Shown one piece after another: positions 51,198-62,856 of a stretch of 64,000 nt of DNA (positions are counted from its first letter, which is position 1; each line of letters begins with the position of its first letter). The translations under genes were made by a program, and so were the position numbers. Source of the stretch: Azolla caroliniana. Lineage: Eukaryota; Plantae; Polypodiophyta. The DNA is taken from assembly GCA_043228905.1 (NCBI GenBank), contig JBHGNT010000022.1, positions 4,898,001 through 4,962,000 on the forward strand. The letters run 5' to 3'. Below the pieces are notes generated by a model. The model saw nothing but the letters and a program-made list of their open reading frames with translations, made no database searches and was not told where the DNA came from.

Positions 51198-51492
51198 GAT
51201 AACAAAAGATATATATTATGTTAAGGGAATATACAATAGTAGCTAGGAGGCTTAAGACTGGCGTTGAACCGATTTGGTTCGAAATAATGCCTTGTGCCTC
51301 CTTTTATAGTGTTCTGAGGAGTACTCCTGAAGTTTCTAGAATGTTCCAAAGAAATCTGGAATATACATCAATTTTATATAGTAAAACCTAAATGAAAATA
51401 ATATTTTTTGTATTACAACCTATAGTCTAATGGTTAAGAGCTTGACCCATGTAACATAAGGTTATGGGTTCGAGTCTTGCCATATCATGACA
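46500..51492 (-). mobile_element. Tcn1-like chromovirus (Ty3/Gypsy), 3'-truncated within the chromodomain
   Basis: 5' LTR 51045-51492; gag (EPKISLPMKFNG), protease (ALLDSGA), RT (KIDLRGAYN, YLDD), RNase H, integrase, chromodomain start EYEVAAILDSK; many stops and frameshifts. Confidence 0.93.
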
Positions 51493-52018
51493 ACAAGCTT
51501 GTATTGAGGTAATACTACCATTGAGTTGCGATATTGTAAGTTGTTTATGTAAGCCTACAATCCTCATCATACCATTTATTTTGTGGCATATATCCTGATC
51601 TACCTTGATTTGAGTGTTTTGTATATGGGAAACTACTATGATTTGAGTGTTTTGTATATGGGAAACTACTAACTGCTGCGGAGTGAAGGATGTGTGTGAG
51701 TTTCGTACTAAGGCTTTCTAAAGGTAGGGAGGGATCAAGGGAGGAGAGATGGGCCTGAACATGTAGAGAGTATATGTCTGAGAGATCATGTGTGAAATGT
51801 ATTGTGGTGTGATGGTGTGGTTGACTAGAGTTGGTGACCTTCGAGATATCACATTTTAGCTCGAAGTATAAGAAACTATGGTCTACACCAATAGGGCATG
51901 GGGCCACCCGAAAGGAGTTAATCATATTGGGTAGCTTCAAGGCGTCCTATTAGATAATCAATTGTGTTTTCCCCTCCTCCATGTGAAAAACATGTGAGCT
52001 CTTTCGAGCCTGGCCACT
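51493..52018 (-). mobile_element. LINE ORF2 N-terminal (endonuclease end/linker) fragment; continues at about 57167-57390
   Basis: IDY...GVDHS and KWYDEDC motifs; split by Copia-3 with TSD TGGTG. Confidence 0.7.
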
Positions 52019-52110
52019 TGGTGTGTTGGGAAACAGGTCCCTCCGGATGGGAAGGTAGAAGAACAGTGCCGACGAACAAACTCGGCCGAGGCCGACAGGC
52101 CGAGGCCGAA

Positions 52111-52378
52111 CCGGTATGAACCGGATGGGGAGTACCCGACTGCGGAGAGTCGGATGGTGTAGGCCCGGTATGAACCGGATGAGGAGTACCCGACTGCGGA
52201 GAGTCGGATGGTGTAGGCCCGGTATGAACCGGATGAGGAGTACCCGACTGCGGAGAGTCGGATGGCGTAGGCCCGGTATGAACCGGATGAGGAGTACCCG
52301 ACTGTGGAGAGCCGGATGGGGAGTACCCGACTGTGGAGAGCCAGATGGGGAGTACCCGACTGCGGAGAGCCGGATGGA
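52111..52378 (+). repeat. 54-bp and 29-bp tandem repeats inside the Copia-3 LTR (also about 56448-56715)
   Basis: CCGGTATGAACCGGATGAGGAGTACCCGACTGCGGAGAGTCGGATGGTGTAGGC x3-4, then CCGGATGGGGAGTACCCGACTGTGGAGAG x2. Confidence 0.93.
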
Positions 52379-52854
52379 GCCCATCGAGGCTACATTTGTA
52401 AATAGCCGAAAAGTCATATTAGTATAAATATGACTTAGGGCAAACCTTTTTTGTGTAGTTGTTGTCATTCTTGTTATCATTCTTTCTTGTTGGTGCAAGA
52501 AGAAATCAGAGCGCGTAACTGTACAGAGAGAGGGAGAGAGAGAGAGACGAGGTCGTTGCCTCCGTTGTAACCGCCGCCTGTGGCGAAGATCTGAGAGCAT
52601 GAGGTCGTTGCCTCAGTATTCTCACTGTTGTATATTTCTGCATAGTGACAGTTTGCAGCTTGTGGGCTGCCGTGGTTTTTCCCCTATTTTGGGGTTTTCC
52701 ACGTATACCTCATGTGCACCATTTCTCCTCTTTTGTGTTGCGTTTCATTACCTGTTTTTCTGTGTATGTAAAGAATCTCGGTTGTGGCCGAGCGTCGGAC
52801 ATAAGGAACGTCGAGTTCCCAACAAGTGGTATCAGAGCAAAATCGACACAGAAA

Positions 52855-54810
52855 ATGGACGAATCGTTTGGCGGCATGTTCAAGCTCACCGGCTCCAACT
52901 ATTCAGTGTGGAAGTCGAAGATGAGGGACATGCTCGTGGTTAAAGACCTCTGGCTGCCGGTTCAGTTTGGGGACAAGAGACCGGACAAAATCGACGCCGC
53001 GATATGGGAGGTGATGCACATGAAGACAACGGCGTACATACGGTGCTTCATCGACATGAGCCTGTACAACAACTTCAATGAAGAGAGCAAGGCTCATGAG
53101 CTCTGGGAGAAGATCGGCATGATGTTCCAGAACAAAAATGCTGTCAATCAGGCGTCGGTATTCCGGAAGCTTGTAAGACTCCGGTACCAAGATGGCTCCA
53201 GCATGGCGGAGCATATGAATGCCTTCCAGGGGCTGATTCACCAGGCAACGTCATTGGAAGTACCTCTTGCCGATGAGGTCCTAGCGCTACTCCTGCTCGG
53301 TTCCCTCCCGGATAGCTGGGAGACGTTAGTTGTTACTTTGGGCAACGCCGGGCCGGAAGGAAAACGGCTATCCCTAGCAAGAGTAAAATCGAGCTTGCTA
53401 GATGAGGAGGCTCGTCGGAAAGACAAAGATACGAGCTCCGACTCCAAAGCGCTCCTTACCGAATCGGAACGCGGAAGACATAGAAACCGTAGTCCCCAGA
53501 ACCGGGAAAAGTCGGGGACACGATCAAAGTCAAGGGGGAGGCCGACTTGCTTCTATTGCGGCAAGCCGGGACACTTCCAAAAGAACTGTCGGCATTTCCG
53601 TAAAGACAAGGAAACCGACGGTACCGATTCGAAGCAAACCCCGAACCGAAACGGTACAGACCGGAACGGTAAAGACCGGAGGGGTCCGGAACGGAAGGGA
53701 ACGACGGCAATTGCGGCAAGTGAAGAGGAGTTGATGCTCATCACCGAGGAGAGTGAGATAAACCATGCCGGCGATGAGATGACCTGGGTGGTAGACTCCG
53801 GAGCGTCGTTCCACCTTACCCCGGACCAGAAATGCTTCTCATCCTACTCAGCCGGTGATCACGGCTGTGTCCGGATGGGGAATGAAGGAACATGCCGAAT
53901 TGTCGGCATAGGAGACGTGTGGCTGACAACACCAACCGGATGCAAGTTGCTGTTGAAAGATGTCCGACACGTTCCGGAAGTACGTCTGAACCTGATATCA
54001 GCCGGTCGGCTGGATGATGAAGGCTACACGGGTAGCATCCGGAACGGTGTCATGAAGTTCAGCAAAGGGAGCCTGATTGTGGCTCGGGCCCGGAAGGTAA
54101 ACACACTGTACCTGATGAATGCCCGGTTATGTCCGGAAGAAGTGATCGTGGCTTCTGACACTGCCGGTGAGCTGTGGCACAAGAGGCTATGTCACATGAG
54201 TGAGAAGGGGATGAAGAGGCTTGGAGACGACAACCTCATTCCAGTGAAGAACGTGCACTTAGAGAAGTGCACTGATTGTCTGGCCGGTAAGCAGAACCGG
54301 ACCTCCTTCCGACCAAGGCCACCGATGAGACGTAATGCACCACTGGAGTTGGTGCATACGGATGTTTGTCAAGTAGACACGAAGTCACATGCCGGAGCGC
54401 AATACTTCGTGACGTTCATAGATGACCACAGCCGGAAGCTGTGGGCCACACCGCTGAAGACGAAGGATCAGGTGTTATCCGTCTTCAAAGAGCTCCACGC
54501 GAGAGTGGAAAGAGAAACCGGCCGGAAGCTGAAGGCAGTTCGAGCAGATAACGGAGGTGAGTACCGGGGGCAGTTCGAGGAGTACTGCCGCTCGAAGGGA
54601 ATCCGGCTCGAATTTACCGTGCCGAAGACGCCGGAACTAAACGGACTGGCCGAGAGGATGAACCGGACCATAATGGAGAGGGTCCGGAGTATGCTAACGC
54701 ATGCAAAACTACCCAAGAAGTTTTGGGCTGAGGCACTGTCGATGGCGACATATGTGATAAACAGATCACCCTCAGTACCCTTGGACGGAGACACGCCACA
54801 GAGAGTTTGA
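52855..54810 (+). CDS. Copia-3 gag-protease-integrase (cut by the deletion)
   Basis: KLTGSNY, CFYCGKPGHFQKNC, WVVDSGAS, LWHKRLCH, HTDVC, RADNGGEY, NGLAERMNRT. Confidence 0.93.
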   Translation: MDESFGGMFKLTGSNYSVWKSKMRDMLVVKDLWLPVQFGDKRPDKIDAAIWEVMHMKTTAYIRCFIDMSLYNNFNEESKAHELWEKIGMMFQNKNAVNQASVFRKLVRLRYQDGSSMAEHMNAFQGLIHQATSLEVPLADEVLALLLLGSLPDSWETLVVTLGNAGPEGKRLSLARVKSSLLDEEARRKDKDTSSDSKALLTESERGRHRNRSPQNREKSGTRSKSRGRPTCFYCGKPGHFQKNCRHFRKDKETDGTDSKQTPNRNGTDRNGKDRRGPERKGTTAIAASEEELMLITEESEINHAGDEMTWVVDSGASFHLTPDQKCFSSYSAGDHGCVRMGNEGTCRIVGIGDVWLTTPTGCKLLLKDVRHVPEVRLNLISAGRLDDEGYTGSIRNGVMKFSKGSLIVARARKVNTLYLMNARLCPEEVIVASDTAGELWHKRLCHMSEKGMKRLGDDNLIPVKNVHLEKCTDCLAGKQNRTSFRPRPPMRRNAPLELVHTDVCQVDTKSHAGAQYFVTFIDDHSRKLWATPLKTKDQVLSVFKELHARVERETGRKLKAVRADNGGEYRGQFEEYCRSKGIRLEFTVPKTPELNGLAERMNRTIMERVRSMLTHAKLPKKFWAEALSMATYVINRSPSVPLDGDTPQRV

Positions 54811-54838
54811 CACCCACAGCCGAAAATGGTTAAGTGCC

Positions 54839-56350
54839 ATGCAGGATGAGATGGATTCCCTGCATGAGAACCATACGTACGAATTGGTGGAGCTGCCGAA
54901 AGGAAAGCGGGCACTCCGAAACAAGTGGGTATTCAAGTTGAAACCGGGAGATGCCGGCAACCCCCCTAGATACAAAGCTAGGATCGTGGTGAAGGGGTTC
55001 CAGCAGAAGAAGGGCATGGACTTCGACGAAATATTTGCCCCGGTAGTAAAGATGACCTCCATCCGGACGGTGCTGAGTATAGCAGCAAGCTTGGATCTCG
55101 AGGTAGAGCAGCTGGACGTGAAGACGGCATTCCTTCACGGCGACCTCGAAGAGGAGATCTACATGAAGCAACCGGAAGGATTTGTGGAGAAAGGGAAGGA
55201 GCACCTGGTATGCCGGTTGAAGAAGAGCCTATACGGACTGAAGCAGGCTCCCCGGCAATGGTATCGGAAGTTTGACTCCTTCATGACCGATCAAGGGTAC
55301 CACAAGACGCAGGCCGATCACTGCGTGTTTGTGAAGAAGTTCGAAGGAGGGGACTTCCTGATACTCCTCCTGTACGTGGATGACATGTTGATCGTCGGAC
55401 GAGACCAAGAAAAAATACGGATGCTGAAGAAGGCTCTCAACCGGACCTTCTCAATGAAGGACTTGGGTCCGGCAAGACAAATGTTGGGGATGCACATCAT
55501 TCGGGACCGGTCAGTGAAGCAATTATGGCTGTCACAGGAGAAGTATGTGACAAAGGTGCTTCACCAGTTCAACATGTCAGATGCAAAACTGGTCGGATCA
55601 ACACTTCCGGCAAACTGCAAGTTGTCTGGCAAGCAAAGCCCGAAGACAAAAGGAGAGAAGGCAGATATGATGAAGATTCCATATGCCTCTGCCGTCGGGA
55701 GCTTGATGTACGCAATGGTTTGTACCCGACCGGACATTGGATACGCAGTCGGAGTGGTGAGCCGGTTTATGAGCAATCCCGGCAAGGAGCATTGGAACGC
55801 GGTCAAGTGGATACTCCGGTATTTGAAGGGCACTTCAAATATGTGTCTCCGATTCGGCTCCGGAAAACCTCAACTGGACGGTTTCACCGATTCGGACATG
55901 TCGGCTGATGTGGATACCAGACGGTCTACATCCGGGTATGTGATGACATATGTAGGGGGAGCTGTTTCGTGGCAGTCAAGGCTGCAGAAGACGGTTGCAT
56001 TGTCAACCACAGAGGCGGAGTACATGGCGGCTGTAGAAGCCGGCAAGGAAATATTATGGATGAAGGACTTCATCGGAGAGCTCGGTATCCGGCAAGAGGA
56101 ATACCGACTCTACTGCGACAGTCAAAGTGCCATCCACCTTGCTAAGAATGCGGCCTACCATTCCCGGACGAAGCATATCCAACGGAGGTATCACTGGATC
56201 CGGGAAAGGGTAGATGACCAGGAGTTCACACTGACGAAGATCCACACGGCCGAGAACGGGTCAGATATGCTGACCAAAGTGCTGACACCCGACAAGCTGG
56301 ACGCATGCCGGAAGAGGATCGGGCTGAAAAGACACCCCATGCCGGAGTGA
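54839..56350 (+). CDS. Copia-3 RT-RNase H
   Basis: QLDVKTAFLHG, LKKSLYGLKQAPRQW, LYVDDML, FTDSD, SSTTEAEY-like (LSTTEAEY), RTKHI. Confidence 0.95.
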   Translation: MQDEMDSLHENHTYELVELPKGKRALRNKWVFKLKPGDAGNPPRYKARIVVKGFQQKKGMDFDEIFAPVVKMTSIRTVLSIAASLDLEVEQLDVKTAFLHGDLEEEIYMKQPEGFVEKGKEHLVCRLKKSLYGLKQAPRQWYRKFDSFMTDQGYHKTQADHCVFVKKFEGGDFLILLLYVDDMLIVGRDQEKIRMLKKALNRTFSMKDLGPARQMLGMHIIRDRSVKQLWLSQEKYVTKVLHQFNMSDAKLVGSTLPANCKLSGKQSPKTKGEKADMMKIPYASAVGSLMYAMVCTRPDIGYAVGVVSRFMSNPGKEHWNAVKWILRYLKGTSNMCLRFGSGKPQLDGFTDSDMSADVDTRRSTSGYVMTYVGGAVSWQSRLQKTVALSTTEAEYMAAVEAGKEILWMKDFIGELGIRQEEYRLYCDSQSAIHLAKNAAYHSRTKHIQRRYHWIRERVDDQEFTLTKIHTAENGSDMLTKVLTPDKLDACRKRIGLKRHPMPE

Positions 56351-57394
56351 AGGGGGAGTTTGTTGGGAAACAGGTCCCTCCGGATGGGAAGGTAGAAGAA
56401 CAGTGCCGACGAACAAACTCGGCCGAGGCCGACAGGCCGAGGCCGAACCGGTATGAACCGGATGGGGAGTACCCGACTGCGGAGAGTCGGATGGTGTAGG
56501 CCCAGTATGAACCGGATGAGGAGTACCCGACTGCGGAGAGTCGGATGGTGTAGGCCCGGTATGAACCGGATGAGGAGTACCCGACTGCGGAGAGTCGGAT
56601 GGTGTAGGCCCGGTATGAACCGGATGAGGAGTACCCGACTGTGGAGAGCCAGATGGGGAGTACCCGACTGTGGAGAGCCGGATGGGGAGTACCCGACTGC
56701 GGAGAGCCGGATGGAGCCCATCGAGGCTACATTTGTAAATAGCCGAAAAGTCATATTAGTATAAATATGACTTAGGGCAAACCTTTTTTGTGTAGTTGTT
56801 GTCATTCTTGTTATCATTCTTTCTTGTTGGTGCAAGAAGAAATCAGAGCGCGTAACTGTACAGAGAGAGGGAGAGAGAGAGAGACGAGGTCGTTGCCTCC
56901 GTTGTAACCGCCGCCTGTGGCGAAGATCTGAGAGCACGAGGTCGTTGCCTCAGTGATCTCACTGTTGTATATTTCTGCATAGTGACAGTTTGCAGCTTGT
57001 GGGCTGCCATGGTTTTTCCCCTATTTTGGGGTTTTCCACGTATACCTCCTGTGCACCATTTCTCCTCTTTTGTGTTGCGTTTCATTACCTGTTTTTCTGT
57101 GTATGTAAAGAATCTCGGTTGTGGCCGAGCGTCGGACATAAGGAACGTCGAGTTCCCAACATGGTGAAACCATTATATATGACCATCCGGTGCCGACTGC
57201 CAAGTTCGAGTAAATGATGGCCAAAGCTCGTGGTGTTCGCACCTTGATCCTTTGAACTACGTGTGGTGCCTATGTCTAAAGGATCGACATTTACCATTTC
57301 TCGGTTTCTATTCATCTGAAATACTGTACATTGTCGGGATTGGGTTCTCGCATTGCAAAAAAGCAAAACTTGATTAAAAAAAGTACTTTGTGCA

Positions 57395-57689
57395 TAGAAT
57401 GTGCTCAGAGAGCAGTTTTGTACAAGCCCTTACACAGACTGGCACAAGTACCATAAGTACTTGGATGTCCGTAAATGAGCCTCTACACTAACTCCAAGGA
57501 ATATGCCTACGTACTAGGCTCAGACCGTAGGCCTCTAAGGGCCTACCGGTTCACACTATTCCGGAGTATGATCCAGTTCTCCGATTTCTGGATACCCATC
57601 CGGCTCCTCGATCCGGATACGATCCGGACACCGGTCCGGCTCTGGCTTATTCAGCCGATCTAGATCCAGTTGAGCTTGTTTGCTCAACA
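57395..57689 (-). mobile_element. Partial LTR of the Copia-1 family
   Basis: Ends CCAGTTGAGCTTGTTTGCTCAACA as at 796-818 and 5882-5904. Confidence 0.8.
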
Positions 57690-59247
57690 CATAGTAATCC
57701 AAGGATCATTTAGGAATTAACATACAAAGATTAATAACATTAGTGTATTGTATACACAAACTCATATATCTATTACACTTCATGTACATACAACTTTATA
57801 TAAAATTCATGCCCCTTTTTATAGGTAAGCATGTGACGATACAATGTCAAACCAAATCAAATCGGCACATACTTCTAGGTTTTATCTCTTCATCAAGAGT
57901 CATAGCTATTTGAACCTAATCTAAAATGTCACTTTTAATCATTTAATTACCATAATATATCGGCTTTATTAATAGTTAGCTTCACACCCCTATCCGGTCT
58001 ATTAGAGCTAGCTACTAATGTAAGCATATGATAAGGATAAAATAGATAAATAGATAAGGAGAGAGAGAAAGAAGGGTGCATATCCACCCGACCACCCCCG
58101 AGCAAAGGGATCGAGATGGACTCGAGCCTCGATCGGCATCCCATACCACTGTCATGGCATCGAGTCTTACCTAGTACAAGCGTGCTCGCCATAAGAGTTG
58201 ACCCACCACAAGGATGGAGTCTCAACGTAATCAATAAGGTATCAAATGAGGGCAGCTAGGTCTTATATTTATAGCCAGACCTAAGGCCCCCATGCAAGTT
58301 CACACTTGGCCTAAGGGGTTGTCCCAATCCTAAGGATTAAAAGTAATCATTCCCTTCTTTCAACTCTCATTTAACCCTCACACTTTATCCACCTATATAG
58401 AATACTATGGTAAAACTTACCACGGGATATTATATGGTCATGCCCATAACACGGTCTATCCGATTCGGCTCGTCTGAATCTACTTTGGCTCGAATCGACT
58501 TCGGCTTGAATACTATGGCCGGCTCTTATCTATTTTGGCCTACTCTTGTCAGCTTCCTACTGCTAAAGGTAACAGTTGATAATTACCTAGATGATGAGGC
58601 AATTAAGTTCTCTTTTAAATTTGTTGCGACATAGCAACATGTTGATTTTTGTGTCTTCCTATTGCAGCAAGGACACTTTTTGCATTCGCATTCACAATGC
58701 TCCATCTATTTGAAATTTGGTGCAACATTAAGGATGATGAGGGAGTGCATTGACATTAAAGGCTTGGACATAAGTGCATAGAACCCCATGTTCCACTTTG
58801 TATTAGCCCAAATTCAAAATTTTGACATTCCACATTTCACTCCACATAATAAATTATATTTACCTTTAAGATCCACCCACTAAAGAACAACTAACACAAT
58901 AGCTAATCAGTGATGGCCTTCTTAGCTACAGTTAGCTATAATAGTGTTTCCATTCCCATGCTTTCACCCACATGTTTGTCCCATTTCGTATGATAACTAT
59001 TTTCCTAACTATCCTATCACTAAACTATTAAAATTAGTTTCGAATTTGTTCTTAAGGTTAAGCCTATAATATAAGTACCATAGGTCACACTAAATATGTT
59101 CAGCACTAAGATATTATTCTATTGGTCCAAATAAGAGTTTCTTGATCTATAAACTCTTATTTGGAATGAATTTTTCTTGGACAAGGAAGATTGTCCAACT
59201 TGGAGGTTGAATGAATCAAGTGTTATTTATCCAAATTTGGAAGCTTT

Positions 59248-59935
59248 AGCCTCCATTGTCCAATTATGTGTGGTGAGATTCTTGGTATGAGGGGTGGGTA
59301 TTGCATGTAGATGTGAGAGTGGAGTGCAAAGATTAACTAGGTGATGGCTAGGTAATTATTCATGCCTTCATCCACTATTGCTATAACAAGTGTGTAAAGC
59401 CTAACTTGATCTAAAATGTTATTAAAATTTCCCTAAGTTTGTAAATGGGTTCTCGACTTTAAAGTATTTTGTTATGCCTCTTTTTTATTTTTTTGTGTTG
59501 TTTTGTAATGTCAATCAGTTGCATTGAGTTGTAATTTGGGTACCAACAACATTTTTCAGCCTGAAACATGATCCATCCTTCTAGCCCCTACCCTCCACTG
59601 TCCAATTATTTGTCGTGAGATTCTTGGTTATATGAGGAGTGGGTTTTGCATGTAGTCATGAGGGTGGTTTGCAAAGATTGACTAGGTGATGCTTAGGAAA
59701 TTTGTTCGTGCCTTCATCCACTTATGCCATTAGTAGTGTGTGAAGCCAAACTTTATTGGCATGGTATTAAATTTTCCCTTTGATTATGGAAACATGATCA
59801 TTTTTTAAGTATTTTCTTATGCTTCTTTTTCATTTTTGTGTGTTTCTTTGTATCCCAATAAATGTCCTTGTTGTTTTACAATTTTGAAGCACCAACAATG
59901 TTTTTCACCTTAAAACATGATCACTCTAGCCCTCC
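59248..59935 (+). repeat. Diverged tandem duplication, unit ~345 bp
   Basis: CCTCCA.TGTCCAATTAT.TGT.GTGAGATTCTTGGT...GCAAAGATT.ACTAGGTGATG at about 59250 and 59592. Confidence 0.8.
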
Positions 59936-61723
59936 CAATAATTGGCTCTTCCTAATCCACCTCTCATTATGTGGAATTTGGCTTAATGCATACATGTCTC
60001 TATTTTCCATGTTTATCTCGACCATTGTATTATCTCATTATTTATTGTTGTTATTGATGGCAAAATGTTCTGACTACAATTTATTCATCAAATGTTTTGA
60101 AGACTTTGATGGAGACAACAATGATATTTCATTAGAATCCTTCCTTTCAAACCATCGTACATCTTTGAGAAATCCTATTGATTATGGAGTGTTCCTCCTT
60201 TTGTGAGCCATCCTCATGTTAAAATTAATTCAAATTAATGAAATTGCAAACAATGCCCATCTCAACATGGATTTTTTTATTGATTCTACGTTTTCGATAG
60301 AAAGAAAGAGAGAGGGGGAGACAAGGTATGGAGTAAAGGGCGGGTGTATCTATTGGGGTTTCTTAAATTAATACATACATTTTATTATCTCACTCCCCTT
60401 TGTGCATAAGTCCAAATTAATAGCATGCGTTCATTTTGCAAGAGAATTGTGTTAAGGGGTTTCAATTATATAATACTACAAATATAAAAGTCAACTTTTC
60501 TAATCTAGCACATTGAAATACACAAACACATCATGGTGATAGACTTTGCAACTACATATACTCTTGATTGAGCCATAAAGCATGTGAATACGGAAGAATA
60601 TTATGTTGTACTTATCTTGAAAACCTTGTTTCTTTTTCTTTTTCTTCGAAGATTTTCCTCATTAGTATTAAGAAAAACATATGAAGGCTACAACTTAAGC
60701 TTATGTGTGCAAAGAAAACCTTGTTTCTTTCTTTTTCTTGAAGTGTGATTGTATTAAAAATAAATAAATATATCGATTGAGTTGTAGTGGTATAGCTATA
60801 CATCACTGATTCATCGATCCATTCATTCACAAAATAATTCGCAACCTAATAGACAACCTAGGCCCGTTCATGGGTAAAGTTGACTTATAAACACTAGTCA
60901 CGATCATGTGATGGATTATGGCAATATTATGTTGTCCTTATCTTAAACACAATGTGTCTGCTTAAAAGAGATTTCATTCATGAAAGTTTCAATATTTTTA
61001 AACAAACTATGAAATCCAATTTATAAACAATTATGTGAATGACACACTTGATTTGGGGTAATGTTATTGGTTGTGTGTTTGTACTCTTTGTTTACATTAT
61101 CTTTGTATGATTTAGTCTAATATATGTAGGGTGAGTTGACGGCTGTATATGGACACACTTTTTCTCTAACTTTAATGAATCAAAGACAACCAAACGAACA
61201 CACTCACGACCACTCATGAGTCATAATATTATAATATTGTACGCATGGCAGTGGAAATTTTGGCTACGACTTTTCGTTTCCTAGCTCTCATTTTTCATAT
61301 GTATTGTGATATCACAACCAATGTTTTAGGGTTGATGTAAATGTTTGAATATAACATTGTGAATGAAAACTCTAGGCTTCAAAAACAAACGAGATGCATT
61401 CCACAATTACTTACGTATTTCATTGACTTATTCACTCGATGACTATTGAAAACATATAATAAGGATTGGATAGAATGATCCTTATAATATTCAAAAGTCA
61501 ACATAGTGCACCAGGCAATTAAGAGAGAAAGAGAACAGAAATGGAAGGGGAAGATCAAGACATGTTGATGATTAAAAACTTAAATTAACGATAAGTGGGT
61601 GCATGTGTGTATATTCATGTTCAGGAGGAGAGGATAATAAGGCAATAGTCCAAGCATCTTCCCCTTTTCAACCTAAAATAGGTTTAGATAAGTAAGAAAT
61701 TCAAATAACATTAATTTAAAGGG

Positions 61724-61754
<31 letters not shown>

Positions 61755-62763
61755 ATAGGAAATGTTCAGAAAAGTAACAAATCTCATAGATACAAAAGTA
61801 TGTAGATACCTACACACTTACAACATTCATGAATATAGATGTCTGTACTACTTTTGATTATGCCCTTGTCCATCTAGACCTTGTGCAATTGTGTGTGAAC
61901 ATCAATAATCTTGGTATAACCGGTATCTCACGTTGCTACTTGATGGCTCATTGATTGTCTATTCCTCTTAGATTAATGGAATTGAAGTCGTTATTCCATA
62001 GTATGGCTTTGGGTTGAATATATTGATCAACTACTTCTCCATTCATACATCAATCATACCCACCTAGTACAAATCTTCTCCAATTTCCGTTACAATCCCA
62101 TATGGTTCTGCCCAGAAGATTCTAAGCTTTCTTTAGAACTCCATAATTACCCATCTATTTGTAAATCTTGCTTCATTGTGCTTTCTGTGTCTATCAACAA
62201 ATGCGTTCCTAGGATTTTAGCAAAATCTCCAAATTGACCAAACTTCTAAGTCACTCATTGCCCAGTTGCAAAAAAATTATTTTACTTTCTCAAACACTAT
62301 ATGAAGAAGTAGTCTATCTATGTATTTTCTTCCAACCCATTAGCCAATAACAAATACTTTACATCAATACTAGCTTTATTTTTTGTGCACCCAAACCACA
62401 AAATTGAAATTGTGGATCCAGCCTATCTGATTCTCTTCTTAGATTCTATTTATTTGATATACATTATCTAATTGTCTAGGTTAGTAGTATAAACCAAAAT
62501 TTCATGAGAATGGCAAAACGTTCCCTCTAGTAAAGTGGAAAATTTAGGCATCTCATTCTCAAAAAATGTCATGATCATCCTAGTTTCATGCACACCAACA
62601 CACAAACGATCCATGTGCTAGTTTTGGGAGCACTATAATTGGCTTCAATGACATAGGATATCCTAGATTTTGTACTAAATGTTATATCAATAAAGCACAA
62701 TGGTTAAATAAGTAATCTCCTAAAACCTTTGGAAATATACAAAGTTGATTGTAGGAAAGCATT

Positions 62764-62817
<54 letters not shown>

Positions 62818-62856
62818 GGCCTCTTTATGGACGATAAAAATTCTAATTCTAATTCT
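62818..62856 (+). mobile_element. Extremely 5'-truncated LINE tail inserted in a (TA)n tract
   Basis: GGCCTCTTTATGGACGATAAAAATTCTAATTCTAATTCT, identical to the LINE end at about 7533-7572. Confidence 0.8.

Larger units (their letters stand above)
52024..57161 (+). mobile_element. Copia-3: young Ty1/Copia element with an internal deletion
   Basis: 801-bp LTRs 52024-52824 and 56361-57161; TSD TGGTG; PBS 52827-52838; PPT GAAGGGGGAG. Confidence 0.98.

Noticed and set aside
52111-52378. Regular repeats resembling a CRISPR array or a repeat-protein ORF
   Set aside because: Units are contiguous with no unique spacers, lie inside both LTRs, and the ORFs are by-products of a 54-bp period
57960-58575. 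Possible additional solo LTR ending GGTAACA
   Set aside because: No clear 5' terminus or TSD found
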